Below, piece after piece: positions 9,054 to 17,636 of a DNA stretch of 32,000 bases (positions within the stretch are counted from its first letter, which is position 1; the number at the start of each line of letters is the position of its first letter). Source of the stretch: Desulfocapsa sulfexigens DSM 10523. Its GTDB lineage: Bacteria; Desulfobacterota; Desulfobulbia; Desulfobulbales; Desulfocapsaceae. The notes beneath the pieces are model-generated. The model worked only from the letters and a program-made list of their open reading frames with translations, ran no database searches and was not told the DNA's origin. The stretch is from NCBI RefSeq assembly GCF_000341395.1, contig NC_020304.1:3300001-3332000 (forward strand), read 5' to 3'. The translations under genes were made by a program, and so were the position numbers.

Positions 9054-9117
9054 GAAACGGGTTCGAGACAGTTTCCCAAACAGGGACTACGTGGAAAAAG
9101 CAAAATTGTAAAGTGTT

Positions 9118-9846
9118 ATGGGAAAATTACGCCTTGATGAGCTTCTCGTTCACACGGGGTTAACTGCCGATTTACAGCTGGCTCGGCGCCTGATTGGTGC
9201 CGGTGAAGTCTCCGTTGATGGTATATGTGCCGACAAAGCAGGCACTTATTATCCCGACACCAACCTTCCTGTAATCAAAACTAAATGCCCCTTTGTGTCC
9301 CGTGGCGGTTACAAGCTGCAGGGTGGTCTTGATACCTTCTCAATAGACCCCGGCGGATTTATCTGTGCCGATATAGGTGCCTCCAGTGGCGGTTTCACCG
9401 ACTGTCTCCTGCAGCGCGGGGCGAAGAAAGTATACGCAGTGGATGTTGCCTACGGAATGCTTGACTGGAAGCTCCGTCAGGACGAACGGGTTGCTGTTAT
9501 AGAACGCTTTAATGCACGCAAAATTAGTCAGAAACAAATCCCCGAACCCCTGGATCTTGCTGTCATTGATGCAGCATTTATATCTCTCACCAAATTGCTC
9601 CCCCCTCTTATCCCACTTTTCAGAAAAAAGGTATCAATTATCTGCTTAATCAAACCTCAATTTGAGCTACCTCCCAAACTTATCCCAAAAGGTGGAGTAG
9701 TCATCAACGAGGAACATCATCAGCTGGCAATTGACAAAATATATGATTTTTTAGATTTAACAGGACTCCGCCCATTACAGATGACACCAAGTCCAATACT
9801 GGGGCCAAAGGGGAATCGGGAGTTTCTTCTTTTAATCGGCAATTAA
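9118..9846 (+). CDS. tlyA: TlyA-family rRNA 2'-O-methyltransferase / hemolysin family protein
   Basis: 242 aa; N-terminal S4-like domain (MGKLRLDELLVHTGLTADLQLARRLIGAGEVSVDG), VSRGGYKL, DIGASSGGFTDCLLQRGAKKVYAVDVAYGMLDW. Confidence 0.92.
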   Translation: MGKLRLDELLVHTGLTADLQLARRLIGAGEVSVDGICADKAGTYYPDTNLPVIKTKCPFVSRGGYKLQGGLDTFSIDPGGFICADIGASSGGFTDCLLQRGAKKVYAVDVAYGMLDWKLRQDERVAVIERFNARKISQKQIPEPLDLAVIDAAFISLTKLLPPLIPLFRKKVSIICLIKPQFELPPKLIPKGGVVINEEHHQLAIDKIYDFLDLTGLRPLQMTPSPILGPKGNREFLLLIGN

Positions 9847-9897
9847 CTATAGCAACTTATGTGGCAAGATCAATCTCTTGTTATAGAGACAGCAGAC

Positions 9898-10854
9898 TCA
9901 CTGCGTGTCCCACAGATTCACAAGTGTATACGGACTTCCTTTGGGTGACCAGAAATCACCGCTGACATAGCGACGGTTCCGGTCAAGTCCTGCTATTTCC
10001 TGTAAATCTTTCTGCGTAAGTAACACATCTGCTGCCAAGAGATTTTGCTTCATTCGCTCAGGGTTGACCGACTTGGGAATGACCGCGGTTCCCCGATGGA
10101 TTGCCCAACTGATGAGCACCTGGGCCTGCGTGGACCCGCATCGTTCAGCAATAGTCGCGAGGACAGGTTCCTGCATAAGTACAGGCTCGTTTTTCACTTT
10201 CATTCCAGGAGGTCTATCCAATGAACCCAGTGGTGAATAGGCAGTAAGATGAATTTGGTTTTTTTTGCAATAGTCTAGCATAGCAGGCTGCTGTAGATAC
10301 GGGTGTAATTCGATCTGGTTCATCTCGGGTTTCAGCCTCGCGGTACCAAGAAGATCCTGCAGTTTGGTGGTACTGAAATTAGAAACACCTATATGCCTGC
10401 ATAGCCCCTTCTCGACCATTGCTTCCATTGCCTTCCAGGTTTTCGAGATTGGCAAAACATCGAGACTGATAAAGTCTTTTGCAGACTCGGGAAAGACAAC
10501 TCCCCTCTTTATCACAACCGGCCAGTGAATCAGATAGAGATCAAGGTAATTAAGTTGCAGATCCGAGAGGGTTTTTTCTAGTGCCTGCTGGACATCCTCG
10601 GGTTCATGGGAATTATTCCATAGTTTTGAGGTAATCCATAGCTGATCTCTGCTGACCACACCCTCCTGAAAAGACTCAAGCAGGGCCTGACCAATCTCGG
10701 GTTCATTGCCATATATTGCCGCGCAATCGATGTGACAGTAACCTAACCGTAAGGCTTCCTTGACCGCCCTATATACGTCACCGGGTGCAGATTTCCAGGT
10801 TCCCAATCCCAGAATAGGCATCTGATCACCGTTATCGAATTGAAGTGTCTTCAT
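9898..10854 (-). CDS. Aldo/keto reductase
   Basis: 318 aa; MPILGLGTWKS, ALRLGYCHIDCAAIYGNEPEIG, YLIHWP, GVSNFS, NQIELHPYLQQ, IPKSVNPERMKQN. Confidence 0.93.
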   Translation of the reverse strand: MKTLQFDNGDQMPILGLGTWKSAPGDVYRAVKEALRLGYCHIDCAAIYGNEPEIGQALLESFQEGVVSRDQLWITSKLWNNSHEPEDVQQALEKTLSDLQLNYLDLYLIHWPVVIKRGVVFPESAKDFISLDVLPISKTWKAMEAMVEKGLCRHIGVSNFSTTKLQDLLGTARLKPEMNQIELHPYLQQPAMLDYCKKNQIHLTAYSPLGSLDRPPGMKVKNEPVLMQEPVLATIAERCGSTQAQVLISWAIHRGTAVIPKSVNPERMKQNLLAADVLLTQKDLQEIAGLDRNRRYVSGDFWSPKGSPYTLVNLWDTQ

Positions 10855-11403
10855 CGTCGTTCCTCCGTTATTTTGATTCCATTACAGTCTCCAGACAAAA
10901 TCGCATCTCCTTATTAAGGTATCGATAAATCGTGGTTTGTCCATTAAAACAACCTGAAACGAAAAAAAACAGTCCACCGCGTAGCGGCTTCGTCCAACTA
11001 AGTTTTTTAATAAAAAAGGCTTGTTCTCTTGGAATGCTTTTCTGCTGAACGTAAGAATCTGTTTAACTGTTTCAATGGCCCGAAACCCGAATTAAGGAAT
11101 TAGGTTGGGGGGCAAGCAACTCTTCTGCCATGTCATGCGATACCTGCTGTATCGAGATATCAGTAAGCACAATTCTGTGTGCCAAGATATTATTAAAGTC
11201 GTTCGCTATCCCGTCAGCAACCTGAGTTCAGTGACATCTAGACAGAAGAAATCAATTTGCTCGACAACCATGCCCTGGCTGAGGAAGAACAAATTCATGT
11301 AACGCCTGAATTGATAAAGAAATTTGCTGTTCCCTTGCGGTGTGTCATCGACTATCTGTCATATCGTGAAAAAGAACATCTCAGGCGAGTCGAACAATAC
11401 AGC

Positions 11404-12761
11404 CTAACACTCGATACCCAGATCCTTAAGTTTTTTCCAAAGAACCTTTCTGCTGATACCAAGTTTGTCGGCAGCTGCAATTTTTTTTCCGTCCGTCTCA
11501 TCAAGAGTCTTAAGGATTCTCTGTCGTTCGTAACATTTAACCCCCTCATCCAAAGACAGGTCTTCGGTAATACAAGGAAGATCTTCGCCCCCCCCCTACA
11601 TTCCGAAGGCAGGTGTGTCACATATATATGACTTCCGGTAGAGAGAAGAACTGCTCTCTCTATGGCATTCTTGAGTTCCCTCACATTCCCCGGATAGTCA
11701 TAGGCCAGAAGCCTTTTATAGGCATCTGGAGAAATATCCAGCCCTTTTTTTCTGTACTTTGTGGAATAAATTTTAAGAAAATGCTCAGCAAGGGCGGTTA
11801 TGTCTTCGCCCCGCTCACGTAACGGCGGCAAATGGATGGGGACAACATTGATCCTGTAAAACAGATCCTCTCTGAACGTCCGTTCGCTAATAGCTTTTTT
11901 CAGATCCTTGGCCGTGGCAAAAATTGTCCGTACATCTATCTTGATACTGGTATTGCTCCCTAATCTGGTGAGTTCATGTTCTTCAAGCACTCTGAGAAGC
12001 TTTGCCTGCAGAGTGATGGGCATCTCCCCAATCTCATCAAAAAAAATAGTTCCTCCATCCGCCACTTCGAATTTACCCTTTTTCGACTGGACAGCACCGG
12101 TGAAAGCACCTTTTTCGTAACCAAAGAGTTCAGATTCAAGAAGATCTTCAGGGATAGCAGCACAATTAATCTTGAGAAAAGTCTTGTCTTTACGAAGGCT
12201 CAATCTGTGGAGAGCGCTGGCCACTAGTTCCTTACCTGTACCACTTTCTCCCTGGATACGAACCGGGACATCGGTTGGGGCAACGGTGGCCAAGCGATCA
12301 AATACGGCCTTAATGGCCGAGCTTTCTCCAATAAACTCCTCAGACTGACTCTTTTCTCGGACGGTTTCACGGAGCTGATCATTTTCAAGCTGGAGTTGCC
12401 TGTATCTGAAATACCGGTCCACAACAATAAGAAGAGTGTCGTTACTAAAGGGTTTACTCAGGTAGTCGAAGGCTCCTTTTTTTATGGCAGACACTGCAGT
12501 ATCTACCTCTGGAAAACCAGTAATGATGATAACACCCGTATCAGGACAAATTTTCATGGATTCAGTAAGTATCTCCATGCCGCTCATCCCTGGGAGCCTG
12601 AAGTCTGTAATAATTAGGTCAAAGTTATGTTGCTGTATAGCTTTTAGCCCCTCTATGCCATCTTCACAGGCAGTCACCTCGTAGCCGTGTCCGCTGAGAG
12701 AGTGACTGACTCCAAGCCGCATGGAGAGTTCGTCTTCTATGAGGAGAATATTTCGTTTCAT
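11404..12761 (-). CDS. Sigma54-dependent (NtrC-type) response regulator; reading frame broken at a G9 tract before the FIS-type HTH
   Basis: Receiver (ILLIEDELSMRLGVSHSLSGHGYEVTACEDG...DLIITDFRLPGMSG) and AAA+ (GESGTGKELVASALH, GAFTGAV, PGNVRELKNAIERAV) lie in the track ORF 11352..12761. The HTH (CYERQRILKTLDETDGKKIAAADKLGISRKVLWKKLKDLGIEC*) lies in another frame ending at 11404. Confidence 0.9.
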
Positions 12762-14239
12762 GTGTTCTCAGGCTCGCTGAGGGGAAGACTTATGATGAAT
12801 TTTGCACCCTGGCCTTCCTCTGATTCAGCGTGAATACGTCCCCCATGTTGTTCAATGATAGATTTACAAACTGCCAGACCAAGCCCTGTTCCCTTGCCGG
12901 GGTCCTTTGTGGTGAAAAAAGGGTCAAAAATCCTTGGCAGTACCTCGGGATCTATCCCGGGGCCAGTATCAGCTATGCTGAGAAAACAATCCTCTTCATC
13001 CCTCGTCAGATCCAGAGAAAGAGTTCCTCCCATGGCCATGGCATGGATCGCATTAATGATAATATTAAGGAACACCTGTTCAATCTTAGCCGGATCCACG
13101 GGAACCAACGGCATGTCTTCGCAGGATTCCCGATGCACTGTAATCTTCTGTTTGATAAGAAAAGTATCTACTAATTTAAAGCAATTATCAACAATTTCAC
13201 AAATGGAAGAAGGTACGATATCAATTGGTGTTTTTCTTGAAAAATCAAGGAGTCCCTGAACCGTATTTTGTATTTTATGAAGCCCGGAGTTGATAACTTC
13301 TATATGGGTCTTCCGAGACTCCTCATCCATGGAATCTTTGGCGAAATTATTAAAGCATAGGATCACTCCGCCAAGGGGATTATTTATTTCATGAGCCACC
13401 CCGGCCGCGAGATTGCCGACGGTAGCCATTTTATCTGTCTGACAGATAAGATCCATGGTTTTCACTTTTTCTCTGTCTGCCTGCTGCAGCTTACTGATCA
13501 TCCAGGAAAAACTGGCTTGCAACCTGCCGATCTCATCTTTGCGTTGCTCAGGAATAGAATACTGGATATCCAGATTCCCTTTTTCTGTTATCAGATCCAT
13601 GGTATTGGCCAGATTGATCAAGGGAGTTGCAAAAGCCCTACCAGCAATGCCAATAACAACGAGGGCTCCTAAAATCATCAATGACACCATGGAAAGAATC
13701 TCATTTCGCAGGGTACGGACCCCTTCATTTACTTCCTCTAAGGAAAAACCAATCCGACATACCCCCCAATTCTTGGTACTTATCTTCAGGGGCGCCACCA
13801 CATCAATCATATCGATTCCCTGAGAGTTTTTAAATTGCTGTATCGCTATTTCCATAGCCTGCAAAGACTCCGTCGTGACCGGATCAGTATATATTTTCCC
13901 ATACTCCCTTATGTCGCTATGAGAAAGCACTTTACCGTGTGGATCAAGAACAACCAGGTAGAGAAGGCGTTTTTCTTTACGGATAATATCTGAGACATAA
14001 TAGTCAAGATAATCGGTAAGGCCTACATTATCAACAAGGCCCAGTTCCTTATATACAAGAGCATTTGTAAAGATTACTCCTGATATTTCAGCAATTATCT
14101 TTGCCTGGTGAATTGTATCCTCGGTATAGAGTTTCTTTTCACGACTGATAATCAGATAACCAAAGATACCCGCAAAAAGAAAGATACAGAGCGAGGCGAT
14201 AACAATAAACTTCCCCTGAACGCCTTGAAAAAATTTCAT
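12758..14239 (-). CDS. Membrane sensor histidine kinase
   Basis: 493 aa; N-terminal TM and periplasmic sensor region, second TM, HAMP-like region, VGNLAAGVAHEINNPLGGVILCFNNF H-box, GHGRI-type end (GTGLGLAVCKSIIEQHGG). Confidence 0.92.
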   Translation of the reverse strand: MKFFQGVQGKFIVIASLCIFLFAGIFGYLIISREKKLYTEDTIHQAKIIAEISGVIFTNALVYKELGLVDNVGLTDYLDYYVSDIIRKEKRLLYLVVLDPHGKVLSHSDIREYGKIYTDPVTTESLQAMEIAIQQFKNSQGIDMIDVVAPLKISTKNWGVCRIGFSLEEVNEGVRTLRNEILSMVSLMILGALVVIGIAGRAFATPLINLANTMDLITEKGNLDIQYSIPEQRKDEIGRLQASFSWMISKLQQADREKVKTMDLICQTDKMATVGNLAAGVAHEINNPLGGVILCFNNFAKDSMDEESRKTHIEVINSGLHKIQNTVQGLLDFSRKTPIDIVPSSICEIVDNCFKLVDTFLIKQKITVHRESCEDMPLVPVDPAKIEQVFLNIIINAIHAMAMGGTLSLDLTRDEEDCFLSIADTGPGIDPEVLPRIFDPFFTTKDPGKGTGLGLAVCKSIIEQHGGRIHAESEEGQGAKFIISLPLSEPENT

Positions 14240-15198
14240 TTTTCACTCTCAATACTTATGCCCTGTTTTTGCAAATACCAAATCATTTGTCTGACAGGAT
14301 CATACCTGGAATCATCAACTCTCATAAAACCATATCGTATATTCACATCCCACGTATCCATCATGGCTCTTTGTTTTGGATTTAGATAATCAAGATCGAG
14401 AAGGACTTCTTCAAGAGAGCGTATCAACGCTGAATCCAAGTCGGGTCGAATGACAAGTAAAAAACCCGGAAGGGGGTCGGTTTGGCCGATAATTTTAATC
14501 CCCTTCCCCCGGTACTTTCTGGCAACAGAATCAAGCACGACACCCGCATCATAATTTCCTCTAAGAATCTCTCTAGCCACCGAATCGTGATAACTGAGAT
14601 TTTCATAGGTACTAAAATCCTGGAGACCGATCTTTTCATTGGCATACAGATGGTACAGGGGCGCTAGATTTCCTGACGTGGAGTGGTGCGAGGCAAAGGC
14701 AAAGCTCTTTCCCTTGAGGTTCCGAAGTTTACTTATCTCAGCGTTCCCCTCTCGTGCTATAAAGGTTCCTTGGTAAAACGGTTTTTGTTCAGAGTTCAGG
14801 GCAGCGAGAAAGGGCAGGCCACAGGAAGTACTCGCGGCCTCAATATAGGTTAGCCCGCCCAGAAGAGCAATATCAATACTCCCATCGCAAAGAAGCCTGA
14901 TGATACTTGGATAATCCTGGGTGATTTTTAGTTCAAAATCATAGGGGGTTGATTTACTCAAAAAATCGACAAATGGCTGGTATTGTCTGTACATAACCAG
15001 TGGATGGTACAGTGTGATAACCCCGAGGCGAACAACTGGTGACATACGACCCTGATCCGAGGCAGCAGCTTCAAGGTCTGAAAAGAGAACAGGCTGAATA
15101 ATGCAGGAAAACAAAACAATAATGGCACAATAGCGCAACATGGTGGCATTTTCTCCCTGAAAAGTGTGATGGTGGACTATATGAGTTATGGAAAACAA
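14236..15198 (-). CDS. PhnD-like periplasmic oxyanion/phosphonate-binding-family protein, probable accessory sensor
   Basis: 320 aa with signal peptide; VRLGVITLYHPLVMYRQYQPFVDFLSK...GSIDIALLGGLTYIEA...LKGKSFAFASHHSTSGNLAPLYHL. ATGA overlap with the kinase gene. Confidence 0.85.
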   Translation of the reverse strand: MFSITHIVHHHTFQGENATMLRYCAIIVLFSCIIQPVLFSDLEAAASDQGRMSPVVRLGVITLYHPLVMYRQYQPFVDFLSKSTPYDFELKITQDYPSIIRLLCDGSIDIALLGGLTYIEAASTSCGLPFLAALNSEQKPFYQGTFIAREGNAEISKLRNLKGKSFAFASHHSTSGNLAPLYHLYANEKIGLQDFSTYENLSYHDSVAREILRGNYDAGVVLDSVARKYRGKGIKIIGQTDPLPGFLLVIRPDLDSALIRSLEEVLLDLDYLNPKQRAMMDTWDVNIRYGFMRVDDSRYDPVRQMIWYLQKQGISIESEK

Positions 15199-15224
15199 TA
15201 ATCATCCATCCTGCTTGTCCTTTC

Positions 15225-15349
15225 GGAGTCTGCGCTTACCTGCCCATTTTATGCACTGTGGCAACAGTTACATCCCCCTGCTTTACGCCCATTGCCACAC
15301 CTTGAGAACAAACAAAAAACTTACACAGGTAAGCGAGGAACGAGACTCC
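15225..15349 (-). promoter_or_regulatory. Nested inverted-repeat element between the chaperone gene and the phnD-like gene
   Basis: GGAGTCT (15225-15231) pairs AGACTCC (15343-15349). CGCTTACCTG (15233-15242) pairs CAGGTAAGCG (15326-15335). TGTGGCAA (15257-15264) pairs TTGCCACA (15292-15299). All three are perfect and correctly nested. Confidence 0.55.
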
Positions 15350-15433
15350 GATAGTGGACAATTATTTTTCCCATCGCCCTGTGATTTTACAGATACCCAA
15401 TCATTAAAACAGCTATACAGATAAAACAGGATA

Positions 15434-16132
15434 TCACATTTTTTTGTTCCATGAAGAAAACATACGCATCTCATACTGAAAAAATTTATTAGCCATCTCC
15501 GCCAGTAAAGAAAAATAGGTTTTTGGCTTCCTCTTCTTGACATCAGCCAGAAATTGATGCATCCACTTTCCAGGATGGTCAATAAAAAATCGGCACTGTT
15601 CATCTTGAGAAAAGGATCCCGACTCAATGGCCTTTTCGATCAGACAGGCCATAAAGTCGAGTTCAAGAGCAATATGATCGGGCAGCAAATAGGAATGCTG
15701 AGGATCCACAGTAAAGCCATATTGTTCATACTGCTCGCCTACACGCCGAGCAGATTGTCCCATAATAGTATCTTCCAGATACACGGATTCGTAAGGGGAA
15801 ATCCTGTTTGTATTGGGACTATTGATAAAGAGCGCAGTATGGTCACAGCAGAGCTCATTAAAATCCAGGGAAGAAGACATGTCAGCTAAAACTTCTGTCT
15901 CCTCTCTTACATCGAGGCACAGAACCTCTGACGCCTCTCCTAAAACTCCAGGGAGTTCGCGTGTAAAGGTAGTCCAGTCAATGTCACCTGGATAAAGATA
16001 GGCGAGGCTTAACATCTTGTAGATGGCATGCCTTGCCAGATGCAGCTGCTCTGTATCTCTGCCCTGCTCCTGACTAAAGGCAAGAATCCCAACAGAGCCA
16101 GCGTTACTTTCGGTCTCGGCTGTAACTTTCAT
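15434..16132 (-). CDS. TorD/DmsD-like molybdoenzyme maturation chaperone
   Basis: 232 aa; LARHAIYKMLSLAYLYPG, CCDHTALFINSPNTNRISPYESVYLEDTIMG, DHIALELDFMACLIEKA, next to molybdoenzyme genes. Confidence 0.85.
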   Translation of the reverse strand: MKVTAETESNAGSVGILAFSQEQGRDTEQLHLARHAIYKMLSLAYLYPGDIDWTTFTRELPGVLGEASEVLCLDVREETEVLADMSSSLDFNELCCDHTALFINSPNTNRISPYESVYLEDTIMGQSARRVGEQYEQYGFTVDPQHSYLLPDHIALELDFMACLIEKAIESGSFSQDEQCRFFIDHPGKWMHQFLADVKKRKPKTYFSLLAEMANKFFQYEMRMFSSWNKKM

Positions 16133-16150
16133 TATCCCTTATACTCCCAC

Positions 16151-16828
16151 TTATTGTTCATTCTGTTTGATTTTTTCATACCAGAGAGGATGATGAGACT
16201 TAACTTCTTCCTCATTAAGCTCACCGGTACCAAACATAGCCTTGAAACCGGCCCTGTTTAACGGATGAATACCAAAATACATATGCCCCAGAAGAGTCGG
16301 AAGTAAAAGGGCAAAACCGATATCGTGAAGATTCCTGGCAAGTGTCAGCGTTGCCACTGAAAACGACCCACGAAACCAAAGAACGAATCCCGAAAAGGCC
16401 AGCATGGCAATGCAGACAATAAACACATAGGCTGCAATCTTCTGACCTGCATTATATTTCCCCTGCCTGGCGTGTTTAAAATCAATATAACTGGTCTTCA
16501 GTCCTCCTATTCCGGCAGCCCCCGATTCAGGCCAGATATGCCATTGAGCAATCTGCAGCAACTGGGTGACAGCAAAAGGGAGACTGAAAAGCAGAAAAAG
16601 CATGGCCGCCACTCTGTGTATGATGCGGCAGACCTGAATACCAGCGGTCAGGGCATCACCATTCTGGCTACTGATAAAATCAACGGGCACACCGAAGCAA
16701 TACGCAATCCAATGAAAATAGTGAGAAAGTATTGGTAAGCCTGTCAGGATAAAAAAGAACATCAGGATGATGATTGATTTATGATAAAACATCTGAAACG
16801 GGGTAAACGCTGTGATCTTTTTACTCAT
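16151..16828 (-). CDS. Membrane cytochrome b subunit (formate-dehydrogenase gamma-like)
   Basis: Multiple TM segments, FYHKSIIILMFFFILTGLPILSHYFHWIAYCFG, VCRIIHRVAAMLFLLFSLP, HDIGFALLLPTLLGHMYFGIHPLNRAGFKAMFGTG. I prefer the internal Met (MSKKITAF) at 16828 over the track start at 16903. Confidence 0.85.
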   Translation of the reverse strand: MSKKITAFTPFQMFYHKSIIILMFFFILTGLPILSHYFHWIAYCFGVPVDFISSQNGDALTAGIQVCRIIHRVAAMLFLLFSLPFAVTQLLQIAQWHIWPESGAAGIGGLKTSYIDFKHARQGKYNAGQKIAAYVFIVCIAMLAFSGFVLWFRGSFSVATLTLARNLHDIGFALLLPTLLGHMYFGIHPLNRAGFKAMFGTGELNEEEVKSHHPLWYEKIKQNEQ

Positions 16829-17636
16829 GGCTGTCCTCCTTCTCTTGTGCAGAGAGTACTTCTTTACGATTTGCCAGCCAGTAGAGAAAATGGGCACCGG
16901 CACCCAGAGCTACAGCTGCTGTTGCTCCAATTCCAATGGCCTTAGTTGTCTGGCGTATACCCATGCTGCTGACTATAGGTTTTTTGGGTAATCCATATTT
17001 CTCCATTTCTTCGGCTGCAACTATTGTCATCCAACCGGTCTTCCCAACATAGTCGTTTATCTTATCAGCACCGTAAACGATATACTCTTTGCCAAACTGT
17101 TCACTATAGCGTTTGGCTCGTTTTTTCGCCTCTGCAACCACCTCCTCTCTGGAACCACTTATCAGAGCATTGGCAATGCAGGAACTGACACAAGCTGGTT
17201 TAAGGTCCGACTCCACCCGGTCGTAACACATTATGCATTTGTATGAAGCGTTTGTCGCCTTATCATAAACGGGAACATCAAAGGGGCAGGCTTCCTGACA
17301 GGTGCGGCAGCCCACACAGAGGTCCTGATTGATAACCACTTGACCACCCGGTCTGCGTTCAATCGCTTGGGACGGGCAGTATGTGGCACAGGGAGAATTC
17401 TCGCAATGCATGCAGTGGTGCAGCTCGGTGATCCGATAACTTTCGGGATATTTCCCATATTCCCTCTGCACAGGCTGCAGGTAATTCAGTTGCGGCAATG
17501 ACTTGTTCACGCCATTTTCCAGGGCTGTTGTCCCGTTTCTCTGCAACCGTAAACGATTCTCCACACTGCAGCTCACCACACAGGTGAAACAGCGCACACA
17601 TGCCTGTGAATCATAACACATTGAATAGGTACTCAT
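16821..17636 (-). CDS. 4Fe-4S ferredoxin-type electron-transfer subunit with a C-terminal transmembrane segment
   Basis: 271 aa; CVRCFTCVVSC, CMHCENSPCATYC, CVGCRTCQEACPFDVP, CYDR...CVSSC. C-terminal hydrophobic ATAAVALGAGAHFLYWLA. Confidence 0.92.
   Translation of the reverse strand: MSTYSMCYDSQACVRCFTCVVSCSVENRLRLQRNGTTALENGVNKSLPQLNYLQPVQREYGKYPESYRITELHHCMHCENSPCATYCPSQAIERRPGGQVVINQDLCVGCRTCQEACPFDVPVYDKATNASYKCIMCYDRVESDLKPACVSSCIANALISGSREEVVAEAKKRAKRYSEQFGKEYIVYGADKINDYVGKTGWMTIVAAEEMEKYGLPKKPIVSSMGIRQTTKAIGIGATAAVALGAGAHFLYWLANRKEVLSAQEKEDSHE

Noticed and set aside
10860-11400. About 540 bp with no clear gene between the aldo/keto reductase and the regulator; searched for tRNA, decayed genes and repeats
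   Set aside because: Only short ORFs interrupted by stops on both strands, no tRNA-like fold seen, and only a weak CCGC/GCGG hairpin next to a T-run on the minus strand. Not enough to support a feature.
11257-11631. + strand ORF of 124 aa (MLDNHALAEEEQIHVTPELIKKFAVPL...)
   Set aside because: Its second half is exactly antisense to the out-of-frame FIS HTH of the regulator, which explains the open frame. The first 50 residues look somewhat protein-like, but there is no recognisable family.
15188-15424. + strand 78-aa ORF in the gap between chaperone and PhnD-like gene
   Set aside because: No family resemblance. It covers the nested inverted repeat, which is a better explanation for the region.
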